From positions 678 to 64,677 of the forward strand of contig CAXGMD010000007.1 of NCBI GenBank assembly GCA_964010765.1: a stretch of 64,000 nt of DNA. The letters run 5' to 3'. Shown piece after piece: positions 20,207-30,162 of this stretch (position 1 is its first letter; every line of letters starts with the position of its first letter). A program made the translations under genes and the position numbers. Origin of the DNA: an uncultured bacterium. Lineage in GTDB: Bacteria > SAR324 > NAC60-12. The notes under the pieces were generated by a model, which worked only from the letters and a program-made list of their open reading frames with translations, ran no database searches and was not told the origin of the DNA.

Positions 20207-22498
20207 TTACGAGGCCTTGGTTTTGCGCTTTGGACGAGGAGGTGGGGCTTCTGAGATAATTTGCTCGCAGGTGACTTTGTCTAGTGATTCAGCATCCGTG
20301 TTTTTGGGGATTTTGAAGTTCTTCTTGTTGTATTTGATGTAAGGTCCATAAGGGCCCTTCAGCACTTGAATTTCACCAAAATCGTGTAAGACCTGCTTGG
20401 CTTTGCTTTCTTTGCCTTGACGGATTAACTCGATTGCTTCTTCACGATCGATCTGCAGAGGGTCAATTTCCTTGGGGATGGAGAAGAATTGATTACCAAG
20501 TTTGACATAAGGGCCAAAACGGCCTCGATTAACAATTATTTCCTCATCAGAGGAATCAAAGTTGCCCAAATGTCGAGGAAGACTGAAGAGCTTTAGTGCT
20601 TCTTCCAGTTGAATCTCATGCATGCTTCGATCTTTGGGAAGGGAGGCAAACTTGGGTTTGTCTTCATCATCCTTAGTTCCAATTTGAACCATTGGACCGT
20701 AACGACCAACCCTAACACTGACCTGACGGCCTGTTTGTGGGTCAGTTCCCAAAACCTTTTCCCCTTTGTCAGGAGGTAACTCCTGTTTTACAGCAATGTT
20801 CTCGTGAAAGGGTTGATAGAATTCAGTCATCATGGAAACCCAATCTCGTTTTCCATTGGCGATTTCGTCTAGGTCCTCCTCAATTCTTGCGGTGAAATTC
20901 AAATTCACGATGTCAGTGAAGTGATTCACTAAGTAATCTGTAACGACCTCACCCAGATCTGTTGGCCTGAGCCGTTTATCTTCTCCTCTTTCGGCATATT
21001 GCCGATCTTGAATGGTGGAAATAGTCGGAGCATATGTGGAAGGCCTGCCAACTCCCTCTGCTTCCAGTTTTTTGATTAGACCTGCTTCCGTGTAGCGCGG
21101 TGGGGGCTTGGTAAAGTGCTGCTCTGGAATCACCTTATTGATCCCCAATTCCTCTCCTTTCTCGACTTTCGGTAGGATCACATCCTTTTTTTCAAGATCT
21201 GCATCAGGATTTTCAGAGCCTTCTGTGTAGGCTTTTAAGAATCCTGGAAACACAAGCCGCTGGCCCTTGACCTCAAGGAGGCACTCTTTCTGATTCCCTC
21301 CCTCCAACTTCAGAGTTGTCCGTGCTATAATTGCATCCGTCATCTGACAGGCGATCATCCTCTTCCAAACCAGATCATAAAGCTTTGCCATCTCCGGGCT
21401 CAAATGGGCCCGAACATCTTGAGGCTTCATGCTCAAATCGACGGGTCGAATCGCTTCGTGAGCTTCCTGTGCACCCTTGGCTGTGGTAGCAAATCGACGG
21501 GGCTTCTTAAGAGCGTACTCAATCCCATATTCTGAAAGAATGACTTGTCGAGCTTGTTGCAAACTTTCTTCAGAAAGCGTTGTCGAGTCTGTTCGCATGT
21601 AGGTTATTAAGCCGCCACTATAATCAGGGATTTCAAAATTTCCCTCGTACAATTGCTGAGCGACAGACATTGTTCTCCGAGGTGAGAATCCTAGTTTTAA
21701 TGATGCTTCCTGCTGTATAGTAGAGGTGGTGAAGGGGGCTACGGGTTTTCTGGCGGTCTCTCTTTCTTCGATATCAGCAATTTTACAGATTCCACCTTTT
21801 TCCAACGATGAGACTATTTCCTGAGCTGTGGCTTCATTTGGGATAGATTTTTCAGTTTTTTTAGATTTGTAGGAAAACACCTCTGCTTGGAAATCGTACT
21901 TTTGAAAAGCGGTTCGAATTCTCCAAAATTCAAGTGGCTTGAATTCCCGGATTTCTCTCTCTCGATCAACAAGTATTCTGACTGCTACACTTTGAACTCT
22001 ACCCGCAGAGAGTCCGGGTTTCACTTTTTTCCATAAAAGCGGTGAGAGTTCGTAGCCTACAGCTCTATCTAAAATTCTCCGTGCTTGTTGGGCATCCACG
22101 AGGCTGGTGTCAACATCCCTTGGATTCTGCAAGGCTTTTAAAATGGCAGGCTTGGTGATCTCATGAAAAACGATCCGCTTGATGTCAGGATGTTTTTGAA
22201 GTTTAAGTGCCTCGATTAGATGCCAAGATATAGATTCACCCTCACGGTCCTCGTCAGTTGCTAGATAAACCACAGTTTCTTTGGAGATTCGTTTCTTGAT
22301 ATCTGCGATTGTTTTCTTCTTATCCTTGGTGATCTCATAACGCGGTTCAAAATGATTCGAGGGATCAAAACCAAGCTCTTTCTCTGGAAGATCACGGACG
22401 TGGCCCATGGAGGCGACAACAATATAATCATTGCCAAGAAACTTGTTGATAGTCCTAGCCTTGGCCGGTGATTCTACGATGATCAGGTTATTTGGCAT
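20207..22498 (-). CDS. topA: DNA topoisomerase I (type IA)
   Basis: IVESPAKA, ATDEDREGE Toprim, SAGRVQS, LITYMRTDS catalytic Tyr, QEAHEAIRP, GVGRPSTY; three GR(Y/F)GP-type C-terminal repeats. Confidence 0.97.
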   Translation of the reverse strand: MPNNLIIVESPAKARTINKFLGNDYIVVASMGHVRDLPEKELGFDPSNHFEPRYEITKDKKKTIADIKKRISKETVVYLATDEDREGESISWHLIEALKLQKHPDIKRIVFHEITKPAILKALQNPRDVDTSLVDAQQARRILDRAVGYELSPLLWKKVKPGLSAGRVQSVAVRILVDREREIREFKPLEFWRIRTAFQKYDFQAEVFSYKSKKTEKSIPNEATAQEIVSSLEKGGICKIADIEERETARKPVAPFTTSTIQQEASLKLGFSPRRTMSVAQQLYEGNFEIPDYSGGLITYMRTDSTTLSEESLQQARQVILSEYGIEYALKKPRRFATTAKGAQEAHEAIRPVDLSMKPQDVRAHLSPEMAKLYDLVWKRMIACQMTDAIIARTTLKLEGGNQKECLLEVKGQRLVFPGFLKAYTEGSENPDADLEKKDVILPKVEKGEELGINKVIPEQHFTKPPPRYTEAGLIKKLEAEGVGRPSTYAPTISTIQDRQYAERGEDKRLRPTDLGEVVTDYLVNHFTDIVNLNFTARIEEDLDEIANGKRDWVSMMTEFYQPFHENIAVKQELPPDKGEKVLGTDPQTGRQVSVRVGRYGPMVQIGTKDDEDKPKFASLPKDRSMHEIQLEEALKLFSLPRHLGNFDSSDEEIIVNRGRFGPYVKLGNQFFSIPKEIDPLQIDREEAIELIRQGKESKAKQVLHDFGEIQVLKGPYGPYIKYNKKNFKIPKNTDAESLDKVTCEQIISEAPPPRPKRKTKAS

Positions 22499-22684
22499 GA
22501 AAAGAAATCTGCTTTAGTAATCGGGGATTTGAAATGACTAATTTTAGTAGCACCTTAAGGAGCAAGATGGCAAGCGGCATCTGGCTGGAAAAAACTTTTG
22601 CTTTTGACCATGCCGTAAAGATTGCAAAAATACAAGCAGGCTACTTCTATCCAAATTTTCACCAAGAACACCAATAATACTTAG

Positions 22685-25234
22685 ATGCCACCTATTCTTT
22701 ATCAATCAAGTTTTCGATATCTAAAGCGTCATCCCTGGCAATTTGGATTGGCTGTGATTGGAGTTGCCTTGGGGGTCACCATTGTTCTCTCAATCGATTT
22801 GACAAATGCCAGTGCACAAAGATCGATGGAATTGGCAGTTCAATCGGTGAGTGGTCGTTCGACTCATCAAATCATCTCTGACCGAGAATATCTCACTGAA
22901 GAGACTTATCGAGAGTTGAAACAAAAAATTGGTTTCAGGCAAGCAGCCCCTGTTTTAGAAGGTTTTGCAGTTTTGAAAGAAAAACCGGATCAGGTGTTCC
23001 AGTTATTGGGAATTGATCCTTTTGCAGAAGCCCCTTTTCGACCATATCTGCAGGATTTAGGTGGTGGAAACAGCAAAAATCTGACGGCATTTTTAACAGA
23101 ACGGAATACTGTTGTCGTTTCAATCGATCTAGCTAAACAGTTAGGTATTCAAATTGGAGATTTTTTCGAAGTTGAAGTCGGGGGCTTGCCTCAAAAACTT
23201 AGGCTGGTTGCCTTTCTGAAAATTGACGATAGCTTCGCGCGTCAAGCCCTTTCAAAACTGTTGATTGTAGATATCAGCACAGCTCAGGAGTTACTCCAGC
23301 AAAAAGGGGATTTATCGAGGATAGATCTGATTTTGGACGGTGATGAAGAAGAAAAAAATAAACAAATTGAGAGGCTCAATGAAACTCTTCCCATTGGTGC
23401 TCGCGTCGAATCATCACAAACAAGACTTGAATCTGCTGACAAAATGACTCGTGCCTTCCACTTGAATCTTTCCGCTCTGAGCTTGCTTTCGCTCATTGTA
23501 GGAATGTTCTTGATCTACAACACGATGACTTTCTCTGTGGTCCAACGCTACAGCCTGTTGGGCCAACTTCGAGCCGTGGGAGTCACGCGAGGTGAGATAT
23601 TTCGCATTATTCTCATGGAAGCAATTGTGATTGGGATTGTAGGGACTTCTATAGGTTTGGTCGGTGGGAGTCAGTTGGCAAATCTGCTTGTCATCTATGT
23701 AACTCAAACCATCAACGATTTGTACTATGTTCTCTCCGTTCGGGAGCTTCAGTGGTCTAATTTATCTCTTCTCAAAGGTATTGGTCTTGGATTGGGAGCA
23801 ACTCTTCTTGCTGTGATCCCGCCTGCCAAAGAGGCTTCAAATATTCCACCGAGAATGGTTTTGAATCGATCGTCGCGTGAAGAATCGTTTCGCAGGACGT
23901 TACGTTGGAGCTTATACGGGGGCTTAGGCCTTTGCTTCGCAGGAGTCTTTTTATTGTGGCTTCCCTCCAAAGATTTAATCCTGAGTTACGCAGGTCTGTT
24001 TTCTTTAATTGTAGGCTTGGCATTTCTCACTCCTCATCTGACAAACCTCGCTATGACACTGATAAGGCCCATCATGACCAAGCTCTTTGGAGTCCTGGGA
24101 AGTATGGCCACTCGAGGGGTTCAAGCTGAACTCAGTAGAACCAGTGTTGCGATTGCAGCCCTGATGGTAGCTATTTCAGCAGCAATTGGTCTCGGAATCA
24201 TGGTGGGTAGTTTTCGACACACAGTCTTTTACTGGCTGGAACAACAGCTTTGGGCCGATATTTACGTTGTTCCACCTGGAAATTCACGGCACCTCGACAA
24301 GATTTTGTTACCGGAGAGCATTGAAATCCTTGAAAATGCTGAGGGGGTTGCTCATCTCACAAGAAATAGAAGAATTCAGGTAAACACTGCTTTTGGTGAG
24401 GTTGATCTATTGACTCTGGACTTACCCGATGAGGGGTATGCTTCTTACAGTTTCAAAGAGGCTGGCAAGGATCCATGGAATAGCTTTGATACACAACAAT
24501 CAATTGTAGTTTCTGAACCTCTTTCAAACAGATTAGCTCTGTCGATTGGGGACAAGCTTGTGTTGCCCTCTCCGAAAGGTGATAAAATTTTTGAAATCAA
24601 AGGGGTCTTCTACGATTACAGTTCTGAAAGAGGCCACGCCATAATTCATCGCAACCACCTGGAGAAATTTTGGAAGGATCCCAGAGTTAATTCAGTTGCA
24701 CTTTATCTTGAAGATGAATGGACTCCCAAACGCTTTCAGGATGTTTTTGACCGACTAAGCCTTCCACAGCCTTTGATCATCCGTTCAAATGTCTCCCTGA
24801 GAGAAGTGAGCTTAGAAATTTTTGATCGAACTTTTGCAATTACTGGTGTCCTTCAACTACTGGTAACGGGGGTTGCCTTCGTAGGTGTACTCAGTTCTTT
24901 GATGGCACTGCAGCTAGAACGTCAGAGAGAGTTAGGGATATTGCGTGCCACAGGAATGACCCCTGGGCAAATCTGGAGATTATTGACAAGCCAGTGTGGT
25001 TTGATGGGGATAGTTGCGGGAGTCCTTGCAATTCCAGTTGGGATAATGATGGCCATGGTTTTGATTTTTGTAATAAATCAGCGTTCATTCGGTTGGACCT
25101 TTCCTACTCTGGTAGAACCAAGTGTTTTATTTTACAACATGCTGTTGGCTGTCTTCGCCGCTCTGCTTGCAGGCCTCTACCCTGCACTGAAGATGTCCAA
25201 AGTTCCACCCGCTGTTGTTCTACGTGAAGAATAA
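22685..25234 (+). CDS. ABC permease, duplicated MacB_PCD/FtsX domains (AttG-like)
   Basis: Two MacB-like periplasmic domains, each followed by FtsX TM blocks (LRAVGVTRGEI; ELGILRATGMT), ending ..LREE. Confidence 0.85.
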   Translation: MPPILYQSSFRYLKRHPWQFGLAVIGVALGVTIVLSIDLTNASAQRSMELAVQSVSGRSTHQIISDREYLTEETYRELKQKIGFRQAAPVLEGFAVLKEKPDQVFQLLGIDPFAEAPFRPYLQDLGGGNSKNLTAFLTERNTVVVSIDLAKQLGIQIGDFFEVEVGGLPQKLRLVAFLKIDDSFARQALSKLLIVDISTAQELLQQKGDLSRIDLILDGDEEEKNKQIERLNETLPIGARVESSQTRLESADKMTRAFHLNLSALSLLSLIVGMFLIYNTMTFSVVQRYSLLGQLRAVGVTRGEIFRIILMEAIVIGIVGTSIGLVGGSQLANLLVIYVTQTINDLYYVLSVRELQWSNLSLLKGIGLGLGATLLAVIPPAKEASNIPPRMVLNRSSREESFRRTLRWSLYGGLGLCFAGVFLLWLPSKDLILSYAGLFSLIVGLAFLTPHLTNLAMTLIRPIMTKLFGVLGSMATRGVQAELSRTSVAIAALMVAISAAIGLGIMVGSFRHTVFYWLEQQLWADIYVVPPGNSRHLDKILLPESIEILENAEGVAHLTRNRRIQVNTAFGEVDLLTLDLPDEGYASYSFKEAGKDPWNSFDTQQSIVVSEPLSNRLALSIGDKLVLPSPKGDKIFEIKGVFYDYSSERGHAIIHRNHLEKFWKDPRVNSVALYLEDEWTPKRFQDVFDRLSLPQPLIIRSNVSLREVSLEIFDRTFAITGVLQLLVTGVAFVGVLSSLMALQLERQRELGILRATGMTPGQIWRLLTSQCGLMGIVAGVLAIPVGIMMAMVLIFVINQRSFGWTFPTLVEPSVLFYNMLLAVFAALLAGLYPALKMSKVPPAVVLREE

Positions 25235-25299
25235 GCTTTGTGATTTTGAAAAATGGGCATTCCAAAATTTATAAAACTAATCGAACAGATTGAGCGTAA

Positions 25300-27999
25300 A
25301 TGAAAGTGGAAAGTATCCAAAAAAAAATACTCTGGGTTCTCCTCAGCACAATCACCTCAATTCTTTTATCTGGTTGCCTGCCCGGACTTTCTGGACCCGA
25401 ATTGCCAGAGGAACCAGAGCCATCTCCAACGCCATTGTTTGCAGAAGTTTTGATGAGAATTCAACTGGATTACCTGGAGTTGGGGCGATTAGATTTTTCA
25501 GAACTTCAAGAGGCTGCACTGTTGGCATTAGAAAAAGAAATTGCAGAAGTACGATTTGTTACTCCCCAAAGCAAATCTGAGAGCCAGAGTATTCTGTTTC
25601 GTGAAAGCACCTTGGTTAGGCTGGATCCCCCTTTGTCTCTCAGAGAAATGTATGAGGGGCTCCAATCCTTCATTCTGAAACTTCACGAAAAGCTGCCTGA
25701 ATACCAGTCAACAGAGCTGGAGCTAATCGTTCTTGGCGCCATCATGTCTGGCTTAGACCCTCATTCAGTTGTGCTTCCACCATCAAGCTATGCTGAGTTT
25801 AACGAGAATACCCGAGGCCGATTTGCTGGTGTCGGAATCGTCATTGGAAGTCGTGATAAGCAGTTGACTATTATTTCTCTGATGGAAGGTGGGCCTGCTG
25901 AACGTGCAGGACTGCGGATTGGAGATCAGGTCAAGGAAATTGATGGGGAATCAACTAAAAAAATGAGCTTGAGCGCAATCATGCAGGGCTTGCGTGGGGA
26001 GATGGGCTCTAGAATGGATTTGACAGTTGAGCGATCAGGGAAAGAGATCACTTATGAGCTTCTAAGAGAGGATATTCAAATCACTAGTAGTGATTCTGTA
26101 GATCTGCGATTCGATGATGGAATTCCGGTTCGTTATATTCGGCTGAAACTTTTTCAGGAAGACACATCTACTGATCTTGAAAAGCAATTGGACAATCTCG
26201 ACTCAGTTGCAGGTTTGATCTTAGATTTACGCGGAAATCCAGGAGGATTACTTCAGGAAGCTGTGAGGGTAAGTGACTTGTTTCTGCCCTCGGAGAAAAG
26301 AATTGTTTCGACACAAACCAACACCGACCTAACAAGCTACGACTCTCATCAACTTTTGAGCTCCCCTAAAATTCAGAACATTCCCATCGTGGTTTTGGTG
26401 AATGGCCAAAGTGCCTCAGCTTCAGAGATAGTCAGTGCAGCCCTTAAGGTAAATAATCGTGCGATCATTGTTGGTGAGCAGACCTTTGGTAAGGGTTCGG
26501 TTCAGTCCATCTGGGGTATGCCTGGTAATTTTGGTCTCAAAATGACCATTGCCCGTTACTTGACCCCAGATAATCTCTCAATTCAGGATGTTGGTGTGCA
26601 ACCAGATTTGCAACTGAATCCACTTTACTTATCGGAAAACAACATCCATCTACGTTCGCTTCAACAGGAGAGTAAGGCTGAAAATTATATCCTGCACTAC
26701 ATGCGAGATTCAGAAGATGAAGAAACTGATATGGATAAGCCACTCAGTGCAGCAGAGATTGAAAATGATGATTATGTTCGGATTGCAGTTAGATTATTGC
26801 GAGAGCATCTACCGTATCAGGAAACGATGAAAGCAACTCTTGCCAGGTCTCATGCTATGTTGCAGGCTCAGGCTGAGAAAGAAGTTGTCAGTGAAATCTC
26901 AAAGCAAGCGGAATTAGATTGGACACTTTCCTCCCCGAGTCCAACGGAATTGCCAGATCTACAAATCTCTTTTGAGCAAGAGATTGACTTGGGTGTCTGG
27001 CAAGGAATCACTCCTCCATTTGCCTCTGACCGCAAGTTACGAATTAAGGTTCAGCTTGAAAATAAGGGCAGTATGCCCATGGAGAGGGTGTTGGTAGTAT
27101 CTGAAAGCTCTATAGATTGGCTAGATGACATTGAGTTCCCCTTTGGAAAACTCGAAGGGGGTGAAAAAGGCCTTTGGGTTCGTGAAATAGATGTTGATCA
27201 ACAAGAAAGTCCAAGTTGGCTTCCTCTGGATTTTCTTGTTCTTCAACATGAAGACCAAGAACTTTTGCGTAGAGAGTTTCTATGGTCAGTAGTCCCAGAT
27301 GTATTACCAACCTTCAGCATGGGATTTCAGATCATTGATAATGGGACTGCCGGAAGTGTTGGTAATGGGGACGGAATCCCTCAATCCGGAGAAACACTTG
27401 CTCTAAAGGTGAATCTTGAAATGCAGGACCCTCAAGAACTTGAAGAAGTAGTTTTGAGAATCGGAAGTTCTGAGGATGGTTTGATCTGGTTACAAGACCG
27501 GGTGGAATGGAAAAGTCTGAAAGATGGTCAATTCTATGAAGAAAACTTACTGGTACGAATTCCTCAAGGAATAGAGGAACTTGGCCGTTGGCAAGTTGCG
27601 CTCTTTGTACCCAGAGTAGACCATGCTCTGTGGAATTATCATTGGATGGGTAAAATTGGTCCTGAGGCCATAGTTGAACCTCCAGTTTTTCAAACTAATT
27701 TCATCAGGGATGATCTACCCATCTTGACCAGAGATGACGAGCTAATTTGGAATATTGATCTTAGCGACGATGATGGACTGGAGGACCTACAGTGCTTTGT
27801 CAATGGAAAAAAGTTGAATTACTTCAGCTTGAACAATAAGCGTTCAGAAGCCATTGTATGGAATTCGCCACTACTTGAAGGAAAAAATCTTATTGAGTTG
27901 GTAGCAAGAGATTCGCTAGGAGCTTCAATTCGTCATCAGTGGCATGTTTGGCGGGAGGACAGAGAGCAGAGTTCCACTGGAACTATTTCACAAAACTAG
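25300..27999 (+). CDS. S41 carboxyl-terminal protease lipoprotein with long C-terminal extension
   Basis: Lipobox LLSGC, LDPHS, PDZ (GVGIVI...GGPAERAGL), LDLRGNPGG, SASASE (Ser), TFGKGSVQ (Lys). Confidence 0.88.
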   Translation: MKVESIQKKILWVLLSTITSILLSGCLPGLSGPELPEEPEPSPTPLFAEVLMRIQLDYLELGRLDFSELQEAALLALEKEIAEVRFVTPQSKSESQSILFRESTLVRLDPPLSLREMYEGLQSFILKLHEKLPEYQSTELELIVLGAIMSGLDPHSVVLPPSSYAEFNENTRGRFAGVGIVIGSRDKQLTIISLMEGGPAERAGLRIGDQVKEIDGESTKKMSLSAIMQGLRGEMGSRMDLTVERSGKEITYELLREDIQITSSDSVDLRFDDGIPVRYIRLKLFQEDTSTDLEKQLDNLDSVAGLILDLRGNPGGLLQEAVRVSDLFLPSEKRIVSTQTNTDLTSYDSHQLLSSPKIQNIPIVVLVNGQSASASEIVSAALKVNNRAIIVGEQTFGKGSVQSIWGMPGNFGLKMTIARYLTPDNLSIQDVGVQPDLQLNPLYLSENNIHLRSLQQESKAENYILHYMRDSEDEETDMDKPLSAAEIENDDYVRIAVRLLREHLPYQETMKATLARSHAMLQAQAEKEVVSEISKQAELDWTLSSPSPTELPDLQISFEQEIDLGVWQGITPPFASDRKLRIKVQLENKGSMPMERVLVVSESSIDWLDDIEFPFGKLEGGEKGLWVREIDVDQQESPSWLPLDFLVLQHEDQELLRREFLWSVVPDVLPTFSMGFQIIDNGTAGSVGNGDGIPQSGETLALKVNLEMQDPQELEEVVLRIGSSEDGLIWLQDRVEWKSLKDGQFYEENLLVRIPQGIEELGRWQVALFVPRVDHALWNYHWMGKIGPEAIVEPPVFQTNFIRDDLPILTRDDELIWNIDLSDDDGLEDLQCFVNGKKLNYFSLNNKRSEAIVWNSPLLEGKNLIELVARDSLGASIRHQWHVWREDREQSSTGTISQN

Positions 28000-28059
28000 G
28001 ATCTTGCCCTACAAAAGCAGTCAGCAGTTCTTCTTGAGAAAAATCTTCGGGACAACTAT

Positions 28060-29364
28060 TCAAATTTGGCAAGTTAGGTCTCTGGGTTTACAGAGTGGTT
28101 TGGTCGCCATCAAATGAACCGTAGCAATCGCACGCTCTTTAAAGCCTCCTTCACAATAGCACAGGTAGTATTCCCACATCCTCACAAACTCGTCAGAAAA
28201 TCCTTGTGCATGGACTTGGTCTAAGTTTGCAAAGAAACCTTCTCTCCATCTTTTTAGGGTTGTCACATAGTGCTGTGTGATGTCTTCCAGGTGATAAATG
28301 CAAAGGTCTGTGCTTTCGCGGAGATGTTCAGCCATCACGCTGATAGAAGGTAAGCACCCACCTGGGAAAATATATCGCTGAATGAAATCGACTGTTTTAC
28401 TAGCTTGTTGGTACCTCCGGTCATCAATCGTGATAGCCTGAAGCAGCAACATCCCGTCCTTTTTGAGCAGGGAACTGCATTTTTGAAAGTAACCCTGAAG
28501 GAATTGATGTCCTACCGCCTCGATCATCTCAATTGATACAAGCTTGTCGTACTGACCATTCAAGTTGCGATAATCTTCCTTCAAAACCTCGACTCTGTCT
28601 TGTAAACCAGACTCCTTCACTCTCTCTTTCGCTAGTTGAAATTGTTCTTGTGAGATAGTGGTGGTTGTCACTTGACAGCCATAATTTTGAGCAGCATGGA
28701 TGGCAAATCCTCCCCATCCAGTACCAATTTCAAGAAGGTGATCCTGAGGTTTAAGCTCTAATTTTTTGCAGATCCGATCCATCTTGTTTTTGGATGCTTT
28801 TTCTAATGACTCTTCAGTATCTTCAAAAATAGCTGATGAATACATGAGGGTTTGGTCTAAAAAGAGTCTAAAGAACTCATTTCCCAAATCATAATGTGCT
28901 GAGATGTTTTTCTTGCTGCCCTGTTTTGTGTTTTTGTTCAGGAATTTATGCAAGATCTCGTGAATTGTTACTCCAAAACGTGCAAATCCTTGCTCCATTT
29001 TGTCTAAAACTTCACGATTCACCACAAAAATTCTTACAAGGTAAGTCAAGTTGGAGCAGGTCCACTCTCCCCGCATGTAAGCTTCTGCAACGCCAATGCT
29101 TCCGCTATTAATAATGCTGGCGTAGGTCTGCAAATCATGAATATGGACCGTGACCTCAAGTGGACAAAGATCCGTCTTTTGACCAAGGATGTACGTGCCC
29201 ATTTCATCGTGAACTGTGATCTTTCCGTGAGTTAAACTATCAGTTCGCCGGATGAACAGATTACGATTCCATCTGTTCCAACGTTTCAGAAGATCACTTT
29301 CTGGCTGCTTCTCAGAGAGAAGAGTTTCTGATCTTGGAAAAGACAGTTCTTGGTTGGAGCGCAT
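28060..29364 (-). CDS. Cyclopropane-fatty-acyl-phospholipid synthase family methyltransferase
   Basis: NISAHYDLGNEFF, YSSA, LEIGTGWGG SAM motif, SIEMIEAVG, FIQRYIFPGG, WEYYLCYCEGGF. Confidence 0.9.
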   Translation of the reverse strand: MRSNQELSFPRSETLLSEKQPESDLLKRWNRWNRNLFIRRTDSLTHGKITVHDEMGTYILGQKTDLCPLEVTVHIHDLQTYASIINSGSIGVAEAYMRGEWTCSNLTYLVRIFVVNREVLDKMEQGFARFGVTIHEILHKFLNKNTKQGSKKNISAHYDLGNEFFRLFLDQTLMYSSAIFEDTEESLEKASKNKMDRICKKLELKPQDHLLEIGTGWGGFAIHAAQNYGCQVTTTTISQEQFQLAKERVKESGLQDRVEVLKEDYRNLNGQYDKLVSIEMIEAVGHQFLQGYFQKCSSLLKKDGMLLLQAITIDDRRYQQASKTVDFIQRYIFPGGCLPSISVMAEHLRESTDLCIYHLEDITQHYVTTLKRWREGFFANLDQVHAQGFSDEFVRMWEYYLCYCEGGFKERAIATVHLMATKPLCKPRDLTCQI

Positions 29365-29387
29365 TAGAAACCTAGATTGTGCCTGAA

Positions 29388-30161
29388 TTAATCAGACGGT
29401 GGTGGAGTTGTCATCTCAACTGTGCTTGGTGGTGGCTGATAAGGTATTCTCTTAAGCCACAGCCTAAAAGCTTGCCAGTAAATTCCTCCAAGGACTTGGG
29501 CAGTCATGAAAGGGTGACGCCAAACCATTTCTCTCATTGTTGCGGGACTAAATTCCTGACGCTTGAGAATTAGCGTGGCATCAAAGTGTTTTTCCCCTTT
29601 TCGATGATTTTCCATATGAACAATCAAACTCTTTGTGGGTCGGGTAAATCGGCAGTCATACTTGTAGTCCATCTTCAGAAATGGGGATACATGGAATTTT
29701 TTTTGGAATTGAAAGGCCTGAGCGTGTTTAGGCTGATCTCTTCCATCTAAAAAATAACTATGCCTTTGATTCCAAGGGGTATTAGTCACCTCAGCTAAAA
29801 TTGCTGCAGGATGCTGTTGGTTTTCATCAAAACAATAATAGAAACTAACGGGGTTAAAACCTAATCCCCATGAACGCATGTGGGTCAGGATTCTGACAGA
29901 TCCATTGGGTCGAAAGCCTAGTTCTAACTCTACAGCATCCTTGACACTTTCAGACAAGGGTTGGGTTGGATCACCAAAGTAATCTTCACGTTTGAACCAA
30001 ACTGGCCTCCATTTTTCTTTGGACCATATTTTCGAGAGGGAAAATACCTGATCTAGTTCCCCAAGATCAAGGTAGCTAAGATAAATTGGATAGCTAAAGC
30101 TGTGTAAAGTAGGGCTGAAACGCCTGTGGCGTAGGCGTCCAGTATAGAGACAACTTTCCAT
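29388..30161 (-). CDS. DUF1365 family protein
   Basis: HRRFSP..HSFSY, FNPVSFYYC, AEVTNTPW, KKFHVSPF, IYWQAFRLWLK; start moved to ATG 30161, next to the upstream stop. Confidence 0.88.
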   Translation of the reverse strand: MESCLYTGRLRHRRFSPTLHSFSYPIYLSYLDLGELDQVFSLSKIWSKEKWRPVWFKREDYFGDPTQPLSESVKDAVELELGFRPNGSVRILTHMRSWGLGFNPVSFYYCFDENQQHPAAILAEVTNTPWNQRHSYFLDGRDQPKHAQAFQFQKKFHVSPFLKMDYKYDCRFTRPTKSLIVHMENHRKGEKHFDATLILKRQEFSPATMREMVWRHPFMTAQVLGGIYWQAFRLWLKRIPYQPPPSTVEMTTPPPSD

Positions 30162-30162
30162 T

